Assembly (NCBI RefSeq): GCF_020969955.1
Contig: NZ_JAHDSX010000010.1
Location: 33,277 to 65,276, forward strand
DNA: 32,000 bases
Source: Allobaculum fili
GTDB lineage: Bacteria > Bacillota_I > Bacilli_A > Erysipelotrichales > Erysipelotrichaceae
Direction of reading: 5' to 3'
Below, piece after piece: positions 16,087-24,783 of the stretch. The notes beneath the pieces are model-generated. The model was not told where the DNA came from. It made no database searches and saw only the letters and a program-made list of their open reading frames with translations. Numbering within the stretch: position 1 is the stretch's first letter; each line of letters begins with the position of its first letter. The position numbers and the translations under genes were made by a program.

Positions 16087-18036
16087 ATGAAAGAATACGG
16101 GAAATGGCTGTTTGCTTTCTATTTCCTGCTTGCGCTTGGCGGTGTCATGACTGTCTACGAGGCGATTGCGGGAGAATGGATCATGTTCGCCCTGCTTCTG
16201 CTGCTGGATGCGGGATTTCTGTTTCTGATTACCGCGTTCTGGCTGCAGTTAAGAAGGAAGGGCATCCAGTCCGATGCCAAGATCAGCCGCATTCTGGGGC
16301 GCGACGCCAAAGAGGCGCTCTCCATTGGCGAAGTCGGCATCATCACCTACAACGAAGAATACGAAGCCACCTGGGTTTCGGACTATCTGCGCCCCTTTTT
16401 CCCGAATCTGGTCAATCACAAGCTCACCGTGGTGATTGACGGCATTAAGGACCTGTTTCAGAGCGATATTGATTCGGTCGTCTGCATGTATAACGGCAAC
16501 ACGTTCGAATTCATTCATAAGGAAGACAGTTCGGTTCTGTTTGCGCGCAACATTTCGGAACTCGAACGCTATAAAAAGATGATTGCGCAAAACAGCATCG
16601 TCGTCGGAACGCTGACACTCGACAACTATTCCGAGTATCTGTCCTACGACAACGAAGCGCTGATCAACGACATCAACACGCGCATTCGCACGCCTCTTCT
16701 GGCCTGGGCCAAGGAGATGCACATTTTAATGCGCCGTACGCGCTCGGACCGCTATCTGCTCGTTCTGGACTCTGAAATCCTCACGTCCATGCGCAAGAAG
16801 AACTTCCCGATTCTTCAGAAAATCAAGGACGCAGCCAACAAGTCCGATCTGTCGATGACCATTTCCGCTGCCTTCGTCAGCGACCAGCCGAGCTTTCTGG
16901 AAATCGACCGTCTGCTCAACGAACTGACCGAACTCGTTCAGTCGCGCGGCGGCGACCAGATCGCCATTAAAAAAGGGGAAAATCCGGTCGAATTCATCGG
17001 CGGCAATTCCGAAAAATCCACCCAGCGCTCCAAGGCGCGCGTCCGCACTGTCGGCGCCAGCCTGCAGGATGTCATTCGCTCTTCCCAGAAGGTGTTTATT
17101 CTGGGTCACGTTAACACCGACTACGACGCCATGGGCGCCGCGCTGGCCGCTTCCAACTGGGTTCGCGCGCTGGGCAAGGATCCGTATATCGTATTAAAGG
17201 ACGTGCCGCGCGATTCGCAGCTGTCCGATACGATGAACGCCTACTCGAGCACCATTCTCAGCCGGCATCGCTGCATTACCGAAGAGCAGGCACTGGAAAT
17301 GGCGGACGATAAGAAAGATCTGCTCGTTCTGGTCGACCATTCCAACCCGGCCATTTCATCGGGCAAGGAACTGCTCAAGCGGGATATTCGAAAAGTCATT
17401 ATTGACCATCACCGCCGCAACGCGGAAGCCAGCCAGGAAAATGTTCTGGTCAGCTACATCGAACCGGAAGCCAGTTCGACTTGCGAGCTTATGACAGAAC
17501 TGCTGGAATCCTCGACGGTCTCCATTCCAATCTATGAAATGGAAGCGACAATCATGTATCTTGGTATCGTTGTCGACACCAGCCGCTTCAAGCAGCACAC
17601 GTCCGAGCGGACGTTCCAGGCTGCCGCGACGCTGCGCTCCTGGGGCGCGAACGCCAACCGCGCCGAACAGGCTCTGCAGGTGGATTATTCCGCCTATCGC
17701 CGCAAGGCGCAGATGATTGAAAAAGCAAAGCTGTATCGCGATAAATATCTCATTGATATTCTGGATGAGCCGGTCAGCCGGACGATGCTCTCCAAAATTT
17801 CCGATGAGCTGCTCAGCTTCAAAGGCTGCAGCGCGGCATTCACCATCGGAATCAACGAAAACAACGGCAGCGTAGCTGTCTCTGCACGCAGCGACGGAAG
17901 CGTCAACGTGCAGAAAATTATGGAAAAAATGAACGGCGGCGGCCATTTCACGGCCGCGGCCCTCGAGAGAGAAAACGCAACGGTCGAAGAAGTCGCTGCC
18001 CAGCTGCAGGATCTTCTCGATGAAGAGGAGGAGTAG
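16087..18036 (+). CDS. gdpP: Cyclic-di-AMP phosphodiesterase GdpP (2 TM, PAS-like, degenerate GGDEF, DHH/DHHA1)
   Basis: Two N-terminal TM helices, the DHH-family motifs IIDHHRR and GGGH, and yybS-gdpP-rplI synteny. AAAGGAG RBS before ATG 16087. Confidence 0.9.
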   Translation: MKEYGKWLFAFYFLLALGGVMTVYEAIAGEWIMFALLLLLDAGFLFLITAFWLQLRRKGIQSDAKISRILGRDAKEALSIGEVGIITYNEEYEATWVSDYLRPFFPNLVNHKLTVVIDGIKDLFQSDIDSVVCMYNGNTFEFIHKEDSSVLFARNISELERYKKMIAQNSIVVGTLTLDNYSEYLSYDNEALINDINTRIRTPLLAWAKEMHILMRRTRSDRYLLVLDSEILTSMRKKNFPILQKIKDAANKSDLSMTISAAFVSDQPSFLEIDRLLNELTELVQSRGGDQIAIKKGENPVEFIGGNSEKSTQRSKARVRTVGASLQDVIRSSQKVFILGHVNTDYDAMGAALAASNWVRALGKDPYIVLKDVPRDSQLSDTMNAYSSTILSRHRCITEEQALEMADDKKDLLVLVDHSNPAISSGKELLKRDIRKVIIDHHRRNAEASQENVLVSYIEPEASSTCELMTELLESSTVSIPIYEMEATIMYLGIVVDTSRFKQHTSERTFQAAATLRSWGANANRAEQALQVDYSAYRRKAQMIEKAKLYRDKYLIDILDEPVSRTMLSKISDELLSFKGCSAAFTIGINENNGSVAVSARSDGSVNVQKIMEKMNGGGHFTAAALERENATVEEVAAQLQDLLDEEEE

Positions 18037-18038
18037 AA

Positions 18039-18491
18039 ATGAAAGTAATTTTGTTAACCGATGTCCGCAAAGTCGGAAAAAAAGATGAAGTCAAGGAAGT
18101 TTCGGACGGATACGCCCGCAACTACCTGATCAAGAACGGTCTGGCTGTGGTCTGCTCCAAGGAAAACACCCGTGCCCTGGACGAGCGCATCGCCGCGCGC
18201 AAGGAAGAAGACGACCAGAACCGTCAGGAAGCTGAGCGCATCGCCAAAGAGCTGGAAAACATGCAGCTCGAGTTCACCCTCAACACCGGAAAAGGCGGCA
18301 ACACGTTTGGCCAGATTTCGTCCAAGCAGATCGCCCATGCCCTTTCGGAAAAAGGCATTGTCGTCGACAAGCGCAAAATCATGATGGAAACGCCGGTAGA
18401 TTCCTTAGGCACCACGAACGTGAAAGTGGATCTGTACAAAGGAAAAATCATCGGAACCATTCACGTCCATGTCAGCGCGAAAGGAGCTTAA
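18039..18491 (+). CDS. rplI: 50S ribosomal protein L9
   Basis: MKVILL.DV...GKK.EVKEVSDGYARNYLI matches the L9 pattern. Confidence 0.95.
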   Translation: MKVILLTDVRKVGKKDEVKEVSDGYARNYLIKNGLAVVCSKENTRALDERIAARKEEDDQNRQEAERIAKELENMQLEFTLNTGKGGNTFGQISSKQIAHALSEKGIVVDKRKIMMETPVDSLGTTNVKVDLYKGKIIGTIHVHVSAKGA

Positions 18492-18497
18492 TCTGTC

Positions 18498-19847
18498 ATG
18501 ATTCAGGAACTGCCCAATGCGAGCCGCATGGAGCAGGCCTTGCTCGGTGCCGTACTGATCGACCCTGAAGTCCTGTCCAAGTGCCGGGACGAGGATCTTA
18601 CGGCAGCCGAGTTTTTTGTTCCTGCTCACCAGCAGATTTATTCCGCCATGCTGGCGCTCGCGTCCGCCGGCCGTCAGGTTGATTTTGAAAATATTGTGCT
18701 CCGCCTGCAGGAAAACGAAGAACTCGAAAGCAGCGGCGGCATGGACTATATTTCCGAACTCGTCGACGGTGCTGTCTCCGGCGCGGTCGCGGGCCGCTAT
18801 ATTGAGACCATTCAGGCCAAGGCGCAGCTGCGCCGCCTGATCAGTACTGCGGATCGGATCTCGGAAGAAGCTTCGGGATCTTCGCTCGAACTCGATTCCA
18901 TTCTCGATGACGCCGAACGGTCCATCATGGACGTCACCCGGCGCCGTCGCGGTTCGGACTTTCGTTCTTCGGCGGAAATCTGCGAAGAAGTAAAAAATGA
19001 AATTTCCATTTTGCGCGAACAGAGCGGCATCAGCGGCATCCGGACCGGGTATACCGATCTCGACCGGATGACCAACGGTCTGCACCGCGGTGATCTGATT
19101 ATTCTCGCCGCCCGACCGGCGATGGGTAAGTCGGCGTTCGCGCTCAATGTCGCCAACCAGGTTGCCCGACGCAACCCGGGCGCGGTCGCCATTTTCTCGC
19201 TGGAAATGCCGGCGGCTTCGCTCATGAAGCGTCTGATTGCCTCGGAATCCAGAATCGATGGCGGCAAGCTCACCAGCGGCAAGCTCGACGACGGCGAAAT
19301 GAACGGCCTTTCTGATGCGTGCGCTCAGCTGTCAGACCGGGAACTGTTTATCGACGATACGTCGATGGTCAAAGTCAGCCAGATTTTCTCGAAATGCCGC
19401 AAGCTGAAAAACCAGGCCGGTTCGCTCTCTCTGATCGTCATCGACTACCTGCAGCTGATCAGCGGAAGCGGCCGTACCGACTCGCGTCAGCAGGAAGTTT
19501 CGGACATTTCGCGAAACCTTAAAATTCTCGCCAAGGAAATGGACTGCCCGGTTATCGCGCTTTCCCAGCTGTCCCGAAAAGTCGAAGAGCGTACCAACCA
19601 TGAACCGCAGCTTTCCGACTTGCGTGAATCTGGATCGATCGAGCAGGACGCGGACATCGTCATGTTCATTTACCGTGAGCAGTACTACAATTCGGATCCA
19701 GATCAGCAGACGGAAACCGAAGTTGTCGATCTTTCCCTGAAAAAGCATCGAAACGGTGAAACCGGTAAAGTTCAGCTCGTGTTCGAAAAGTCGTATTCGC
19801 TGTTTTCTTCTCTGGCGCATGACGGAGTGCCTGGCTATGCGGGTTGA
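18498..19847 (+). CDS. dnaB: Replicative DNA helicase (DnaB family; named DnaC in Bacillus)
   Basis: The N-terminal motif P.....E.A.LG..L, Walker A ARPAMGKSAF and the block DYLQLI...R.QEVS.ISR.LK.LAKE are all present. The length of 449 aa shows no intein. Confidence 0.97.
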   Translation: MIQELPNASRMEQALLGAVLIDPEVLSKCRDEDLTAAEFFVPAHQQIYSAMLALASAGRQVDFENIVLRLQENEELESSGGMDYISELVDGAVSGAVAGRYIETIQAKAQLRRLISTADRISEEASGSSLELDSILDDAERSIMDVTRRRRGSDFRSSAEICEEVKNEISILREQSGISGIRTGYTDLDRMTNGLHRGDLIILAARPAMGKSAFALNVANQVARRNPGAVAIFSLEMPAASLMKRLIASESRIDGGKLTSGKLDDGEMNGLSDACAQLSDRELFIDDTSMVKVSQIFSKCRKLKNQAGSLSLIVIDYLQLISGSGRTDSRQQEVSDISRNLKILAKEMDCPVIALSQLSRKVEERTNHEPQLSDLRESGSIEQDADIVMFIYREQYYNSDPDQQTETEVVDLSLKKHRNGETGKVQLVFEKSYSLFSSLAHDGVPGYAG

Positions 19848-20862
19848 TCTGCTCTGCTCGGGATCGAAAGGCAACGCCTGTCTGGTCCGGCATAACAATA
19901 CGAAGATTCTGATCGACTGCGGACCTCCGTCCTGGCGCTATCTCAAAAACGCCATGGATGATGCAGGGGTAAGTCCGGACGATCTGGATGCCCTGCTCAT
20001 TACCCACAGCCACAGCGACCATATCCGGCAGCTTTCGCATTTTACCGGCCTGCCGGTATACGCCTGCTGCGCCCTTCATCCCAAAAACTATAAAAAGCAG
20101 CCGGTGACTCTCGATCTGCGTCAGGTTCTGCCGCCTGTCCGCTTTCAGGTAGGGGACCTGAAAATTCTCGCCTTGCCAACCTCGCACGATTCGGGTCCGT
20201 CGATGGGGTTTGTCATTAAGTCCGAACACGAAAAGCTCGTATACATGACCGATACCGGCTACGTGCCTGAAGCGCTGTTTGGCGATCTTTCGGATGCGGA
20301 CTACTACATTTTTGAAAGCAATCACGATCTGGAAAAGCTCAACCAGACCGACCGGCCGTTCGCTCTGAAAATGCGCATCGCCTCCGATACCGGTCATCTG
20401 TGCAATCAGGACAGCGCCCGCATTCTCTGCAGCTGCATGACCCGGCGCACCCGCCATATCGTTCTGGCTCATCTTTCCGAAGAAGCCAATACGCCCGAAC
20501 TGGCGCTAGGCGCTCTGTTTGAACGGCTCGAGTATGCGCACGTTCATCACGATCAGCTTGTGATTGAAGCTGCAAAGCAGTTTGAACCGCTCCATTTTGG
20601 CGAGATCCGGGAAGATGATGAGGCGGCTGACGAAACGGCGGCTGCGTATTCGGCGGATTTGTCGGATTTGTCGGATTTGTCGGATTTGTCGGATTTGACA
20701 GACCCGGCAGACAAAGCGAAAAACACGGACAGTACGTCTTTTCCGGATCGAAAAGAGGATGCTTCGCCTGCGGCTTTGCCTGCGCCTCAAAAAGCTGCTT
20801 CCAAACGCTCACGTTCCAAAGCCGCTTTGGCGGGTCATGGCGAATCGTCACATGCTGCCTGA
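19837..20862 (+). CDS. MBL-fold metallo-hydrolase (YycJ-like) with a ~80-aa low-complexity C-terminal tail
   Basis: Metallo-beta-lactamase motif ITHSHSDH and N-terminus MRVDLLCSGSKGNA. Its ATG overlaps the end of dnaB by 11 nt. Confidence 0.85.
   Translation: MRVDLLCSGSKGNACLVRHNNTKILIDCGPPSWRYLKNAMDDAGVSPDDLDALLITHSHSDHIRQLSHFTGLPVYACCALHPKNYKKQPVTLDLRQVLPPVRFQVGDLKILALPTSHDSGPSMGFVIKSEHEKLVYMTDTGYVPEALFGDLSDADYYIFESNHDLEKLNQTDRPFALKMRIASDTGHLCNQDSARILCSCMTRRTRHIVLAHLSEEANTPELALGALFERLEYAHVHHDQLVIEAAKQFEPLHFGEIREDDEAADETAAAYSADLSDLSDLSDLSDLTDPADKAKNTDSTSFPDRKEDASPAALPAPQKAASKRSRSKAALAGHGESSHAA
20654..20698 (+). repeat. In-frame 9-bp tandem repeat: cggatttgt in 4 perfect copies plus 1 variant, encoding (DLS)n
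   Basis: Read directly. Units lie at 20654, 20663, 20672 and 20681, with the variant at 20690. Confidence 0.95.
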
Positions 20863-20947
20863 AACGAAATCGCATGCTTTCTTTTCCAACAGGAAATCGT
20901 CTCATTTTCGTTCATAAAGCTGCTTGTCTAAAGCGGCTTGCCGTTTT

Positions 20948-20987
20948 GCGGCAGTCTCTGGTTTTCCAGAAGGCTGCCGCTTTTCTT
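20948..20987 (+). terminator. Rho-independent terminator after the MBL hydrolase gene
   Basis: Arms gcggcag (20948-20954) and ctgccgc (20974-20980), with inner pairing ctgg/ccag, then TTTTCTT. Confidence 0.6.
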
Positions 20988-21056
20988 ATAGCCGGACTTT
21001 GTTCGCCAATGCCCGTATCTTTGTCCGCCCCGGCTTTTCCGGCCTGTTCTTTCCTG

Positions 21057-21100
21057 CTTTGTCTTTTCCCGTTTTGTCTTTTTCCGATTTGTCTGGACGG
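21057..21100 (+). repeat. Degenerate 15-bp tandem repeat (about 2.7 units) with a TTTGTCT core
   Basis: The units are ctttgtcttttcccg, ttttgtctttttccg and atttgtctgg.., with cores at 21058, 21073 and 21088. Confidence 0.8.
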
Positions 21101-21359
21101 AAGGAAGCCGGGCGGATTTTGTCGGGCTTTCGCCTGGAAACCGGAGATGGCGAGCGCTTTTGCCCCGCGCTGGTCTGCCTCTGGGCAAAAATCGGAAACT
21201 GGCCAGTGCGCCGCAATCGCTCCAGAAAAGTTCAAAACGATTTAAGTACAGGCAAACTGGCAATAATCATAATGGATTCGTATTAAAAATATCCGTATCG
21301 GAGATGGAAGAATTTCACTCTGCTTACCCTGAGCTATCTCCGGGGAATTGAGCGGGTTT

Positions 21360-21368
21360 TGGTATAAT
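21360..21368 (+). promoter_or_regulatory. Extended -10 promoter element (TGgTATAAT) upstream of upp and the atp operon
   Basis: tggtataat at 21360-21368, about 27 nt before the upp start. No good -35 element at 17-nt spacing. Confidence 0.45.
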
Positions 21369-21395
21369 GTCTTCGATAAAGGAAGGTGATTCACT

Positions 21396-22016
21396 TTGCT
21401 TACTGTTTTTGATCATCCGCTGATCAAGCACAAGCTTTCGATCATGCGTGATAAAAACACAAGTACAAAAGACTTCAGAGATAACCTTGATGAAATCGGA
21501 TCGCTGATGGTCTATGAAATGACCCGCGATCTTCCTCTTCACGACGCAGAAATCGAAACGCCGATTACGACCATGACCGGTCACAAGCTGGCCAAGGATG
21601 TCGTTGTCGTGCCGATTCTGCGTGCGGGACTTGGAATGACTCAGGGCATTCTCGATCTGATTCCAACGGCCAAAGTGGCCCACATCGGTCTGTTCCGTGA
21701 CGAAAAGACGCTGGAACCGCATGTTTACTTTGAAAAGTACCCCAAGAACATGCCGGAGGCTGTGACGATCGTTGTTGACCCGATGCTCGCAACCGGCGGA
21801 AGCAGCTGTGCCGCGATTGACATGGTCAAGCGGCAGGGCGCGACCAACATCAAGCTGGTGTGCCTGGTCGGTGCGCCGGAAGGTGTAGCCGAGGTGGAAA
21901 AGCATCATCCGGATGTGGACATTTATCTGGCCGCTCTCGATGACCATCTCAATGAGAACGGCTATATCGTTCCAGGACTCGGAGATGCGGGAGACCGTAT
22001 TTTCGGCACGAAGTAG
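21396..22016 (+). CDS. upp: Uracil phosphoribosyltransferase
   Basis: [16 protein letters not shown] and the PRPP-binding loop [11 protein letters not shown]. The start is TTG, preceded by GGAAGGTG. Confidence 0.95.
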   Translation: MLTVFDHPLIKHKLSIMRDKNTSTKDFRDNLDEIGSLMVYEMTRDLPLHDAEIETPITTMTGHKLAKDVVVVPILRAGLGMTQGILDLIPTAKVAHIGLFRDEKTLEPHVYFEKYPKNMPEAVTIVVDPMLATGGSSCAAIDMVKRQGATNIKLVCLVGAPEGVAEVEKHHPDVDIYLAALDDHLNENGYIVPGLGDAGDRIFGTK

Positions 22017-22019
22017 CCT

Positions 22020-22220
22020 ATGAATCCGATGAAATTCGGCGGGTTTCTCCTGGTCAATCTGCTCGTGTGCATCTGGCTCGGGTATCTGATTGATTCCTGG
22101 ACGAACATGTCCCCTGTCTGGATTATTGTCTTTACGCTGTATGCGATTATCGGCAGCTTCTTAGTTCTGCTGTATCGCAACAAGAAAAAAGACAAGAAGA
22201 AATCTTCCGGAAAGGAATAG
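22020..22220 (+). CDS. AtpZ/AtpI-family small membrane protein
   Basis: 66 aa with two TM helices and a K-rich tail. It sits directly upstream of atpI and starts 3 nt after the upp stop. Confidence 0.65.
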   Translation: MNPMKFGGFLLVNLLVCIWLGYLIDSWTNMSPVWIIVFTLYAIIGSFLVLLYRNKKKDKKKSSGKE

Positions 22221-22225
22221 ACGCC

Positions 22226-22606
22226 ATGTCCCCGGATCTTCGGCAGCTTTTCCGCTACAGCGGGAAGGCCACCCTGATTCTTTGTGCCGTCGCGTGCGCA
22301 GTCAGTCTTTTCATTGTCCAGGGAAGACAATGGATTTTTTGCGCGTTCGCGATTTTTTATGGAGCATTGTGCGCCATGCTTTCCCTTTACATGATTGCCC
22401 TCTCGACCCGGAACCTTTCCGGTGCGGACGCGGGCAAGAAGAGCAAAGGCTATGGCTCGTACATGCTTCGGTATCTGATGTATGCCGTCCTGCTTTTTGC
22501 GGGGGCTTTTGCAGGTCTTCCCGTACTCGGGCTGATGGCAGGCATCGCAATCCAGAAAGCCACCCTGGTGCTTTACGCCAGGCGCGGCGGAAAGGAGACT
22601 GAATGA
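22226..22606 (+). CDS. atpI: ATP synthase protein I
   Basis: 126-aa four-helix hydrophobic protein immediately upstream of atpB, which it overlaps by 4 nt. The call rests on position and size. Confidence 0.65.
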   Translation: MSPDLRQLFRYSGKATLILCAVACAVSLFIVQGRQWIFCAFAIFYGALCAMLSLYMIALSTRNLSGADAGKKSKGYGSYMLRYLMYAVLLFAGAFAGLPVLGLMAGIAIQKATLVLYARRGGKETE

Positions 22607-23310
22607 GCGAAGTCAGTCAGATTGTTTTTCACTTCGGTTCGTTCAACTTCTCCCTGCACCAGTCCATTCTCGTATGGCTTGTGATCTGCCTGATCGTAGG
22701 CATTGTCGCCTGGATCGCAGGAAAGAAAATTGAAAAAGCGGACCCGTCCAAAGCTCCAAAAGGCATCGTTTACTGGTCTGAAGAGCTTTACAACCTGTGT
22801 CTGTATGTCATTCAGGGCAACCTGAAAGAAACGACCATCCACTATTTGCCGATGTTCGGCACCCTGATGGTCTGCATGCTGCTGTCCAACCTCACCGGTC
22901 TGATCGGATTTCAGAACCCGACCTCCAATGTTTCCTTCAACGCAACGCTCGCGCTGATGTTCTTTCTGATGATTCAGTTTCACGGAATCACCAAGGCTGG
23001 CCTCAAGGCCCGCTTAAAAGAACTGACCGAGCCGATGTGGCTGCTTACGCCGCTGAATATCATCGGTGAACTGGCCCTGCCGGTTTCGCTGACGATGCGT
23101 CTTTTCGGCAACATTCTGGCCGGAACGATTATTTCGCTTCTGATTTACACGCTGATCAAATCGATCGCCCCATGGGGATATCTTGGCCTGACCATTACGC
23201 CGTTCCTTCACATGTACTTTGATGTGTTCTCCGGCGTAATTCAGACGTATATCTTCTTTACGCTGGGCACGTACTTCCTCGGTCAGCAGACCGCTGAACA
23301 GGAAGACTGA
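22603..23310 (+). CDS. atpB: F-type ATP synthase Fo subunit a
   Basis: Conserved stator-arginine motif LTMRLFGNILAGTII and a polytopic profile. Confidence 0.95.
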   Translation: MSEVSQIVFHFGSFNFSLHQSILVWLVICLIVGIVAWIAGKKIEKADPSKAPKGIVYWSEELYNLCLYVIQGNLKETTIHYLPMFGTLMVCMLLSNLTGLIGFQNPTSNVSFNATLALMFFLMIQFHGITKAGLKARLKELTEPMWLLTPLNIIGELALPVSLTMRLFGNILAGTIISLLIYTLIKSIAPWGYLGLTITPFLHMYFDVFSGVIQTYIFFTLGTYFLGQQTAEQED

Positions 23311-23445
23311 TCCTTTGAGGGCTGTCAGGACTGCACAAACACGGGCAGACATACGACAGTACACATACAGAAAAAGCGCACAGCTTTATGGCTGTGCATG
23401 AACCGCCCCGGGATCGCGCTTTCGATCCCCATCCATTTAATTTGA

Positions 23446-23709
<264 letters not shown>

Positions 23710-23726
23710 GCCGCTGGTGAGATCCG

Positions 23727-24242
23727 ATGATTGATTTCAATATTGATAACTACCTGCGGATTTCCTGGCAGGATGTTCTGCTGGTATGCATTTCATCACT
23801 CATCATCGTTCTCTTCTGCAAACATTTTTTCTGGGATAAGATTCTGGCCTTTATCAACAAGCGTCAGAAACTGATTCAGGACAACATCGACAGTTCCGAG
23901 ACGCTGAAAAAAGAAGCGCTTCAGGAAAAGGAAGAATACGACCGTCAGCTCGCTGCTGCGGGCAGCCGTGCCAATGAAATCATTGACCAGGCAAGACGCG
24001 AAGCGCTGGTGGAAAAGGATTCGATTCTGGATCAGGCACAGAAACAGGCTTCCAACATAGAACGGGCGGCCAAGGAAGACATCGAAAAGGAACGCCTGCG
24101 TGCGCAGGGCGAAATGAAAGCCGCTATTACCGATGTCGCCATTGCCGCTGCCGGACAGATCCTGGATTCGGAAATTGATGCCGATAAACAGAAGAAGATT
24201 CTGGACGATCTGATTGATGAAGCAGGTGAAGGCAAATGGTAG
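23727..24242 (+). CDS. atpF: F-type ATP synthase Fo subunit b
   Basis: N-terminal TM helix followed by a long charged helix. The position in the operon fits. Confidence 0.9.
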   Translation: MIDFNIDNYLRISWQDVLLVCISSLIIVLFCKHFFWDKILAFINKRQKLIQDNIDSSETLKKEALQEKEEYDRQLAAAGSRANEIIDQARREALVEKDSILDQAQKQASNIERAAKEDIEKERLRAQGEMKAAITDVAIAAAGQILDSEIDADKQKKILDDLIDEAGEGKW

Positions 24243-24769
24243 ATACCGCCCTTCCTTATGCTCAGGCTCTGATTTCTCTTGCCCAGGAAAATCATGAGGA
24301 AGATGCCGTTTTCCATGACCTTGAGCAGATGGAAACGGTGATGGATGAAAACCCGGAGCTCGAGCCCTGGCTTTCTCATCCTGCAGTCCCCTCTGCCCAG
24401 AAAGAAGCTCTGCTTCTGGAGCTCTTTCAGGATGGTACCCATCCCGTATTTGGGGACTTCCTTAAAATTGTCAGCCGTCATTCGATGAGCGGACACTTAA
24501 GAAAAATCGCAGAAGATTACCGGGCTTTGCTCGACGAACTGCACAACATTCAGAACGTGTACGTGACGTCGGCCGCAAAGCTGGATGAAAACCAGAAAGA
24601 ACGGCTGAAAGCCGCTCTCAAAAAGAAGCTTGGCGCGGAAATCCGCCTGAAGTGTTCAGAAGATCCGTCTCTGATCGCGGGCATGATTATCCGTACCCCT
24701 GATGCCGTGCTCGATGCGAGCTATCAGGGCAAGCTGGAAAGAATGAAAGAACAGCTTTTGAAAAGCTGA
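24236..24769 (+). CDS. atpH: F-type ATP synthase F1 subunit delta (OSCP)
   Basis: The N-terminus ..[12 protein letters not shown] and the C-terminal block ..[15 protein letters not shown] are present, and the position in the operon fits. Confidence 0.85.
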   Translation: MVDTALPYAQALISLAQENHEEDAVFHDLEQMETVMDENPELEPWLSHPAVPSAQKEALLLELFQDGTHPVFGDFLKIVSRHSMSGHLRKIAEDYRALLDELHNIQNVYVTSAAKLDENQKERLKAALKKKLGAEIRLKCSEDPSLIAGMIIRTPDAVLDASYQGKLERMKEQLLKS

Positions 24770-24783
24770 AGCAGGTGATGTGT

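Noticed and set aside
11100-19900. A replication origin or DnaA-box cluster near the origin-proximal genes (ssb, dnaB)
   Set aside because: Scanning the intergenic regions by eye showed no cluster of TTATCCACA-like boxes and no AT-rich unwinding element.
19666-20472. A 268-aa minus-strand ORF across the dnaB and MBL hydrolase genes
   Set aside because: It is antisense to two well-supported genes and has no motifs.
20654-21100. The short direct repeats as a CRISPR array
   Set aside because: Units are 9 and 15 bp with no spacers, one array is in-frame coding sequence, and there are no cas genes. These are micro- or minisatellites.
20874-21286. Five mutually overlapping ORFs of 76-123 aa on both strands between the MBL hydrolase gene and upp
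   Set aside because: Their translations are driven by the pyrimidine/purine-rich tandem repeats. They have no RBS and cannot all be real. I treat the region as non-coding; see the finding on 20863-21395.
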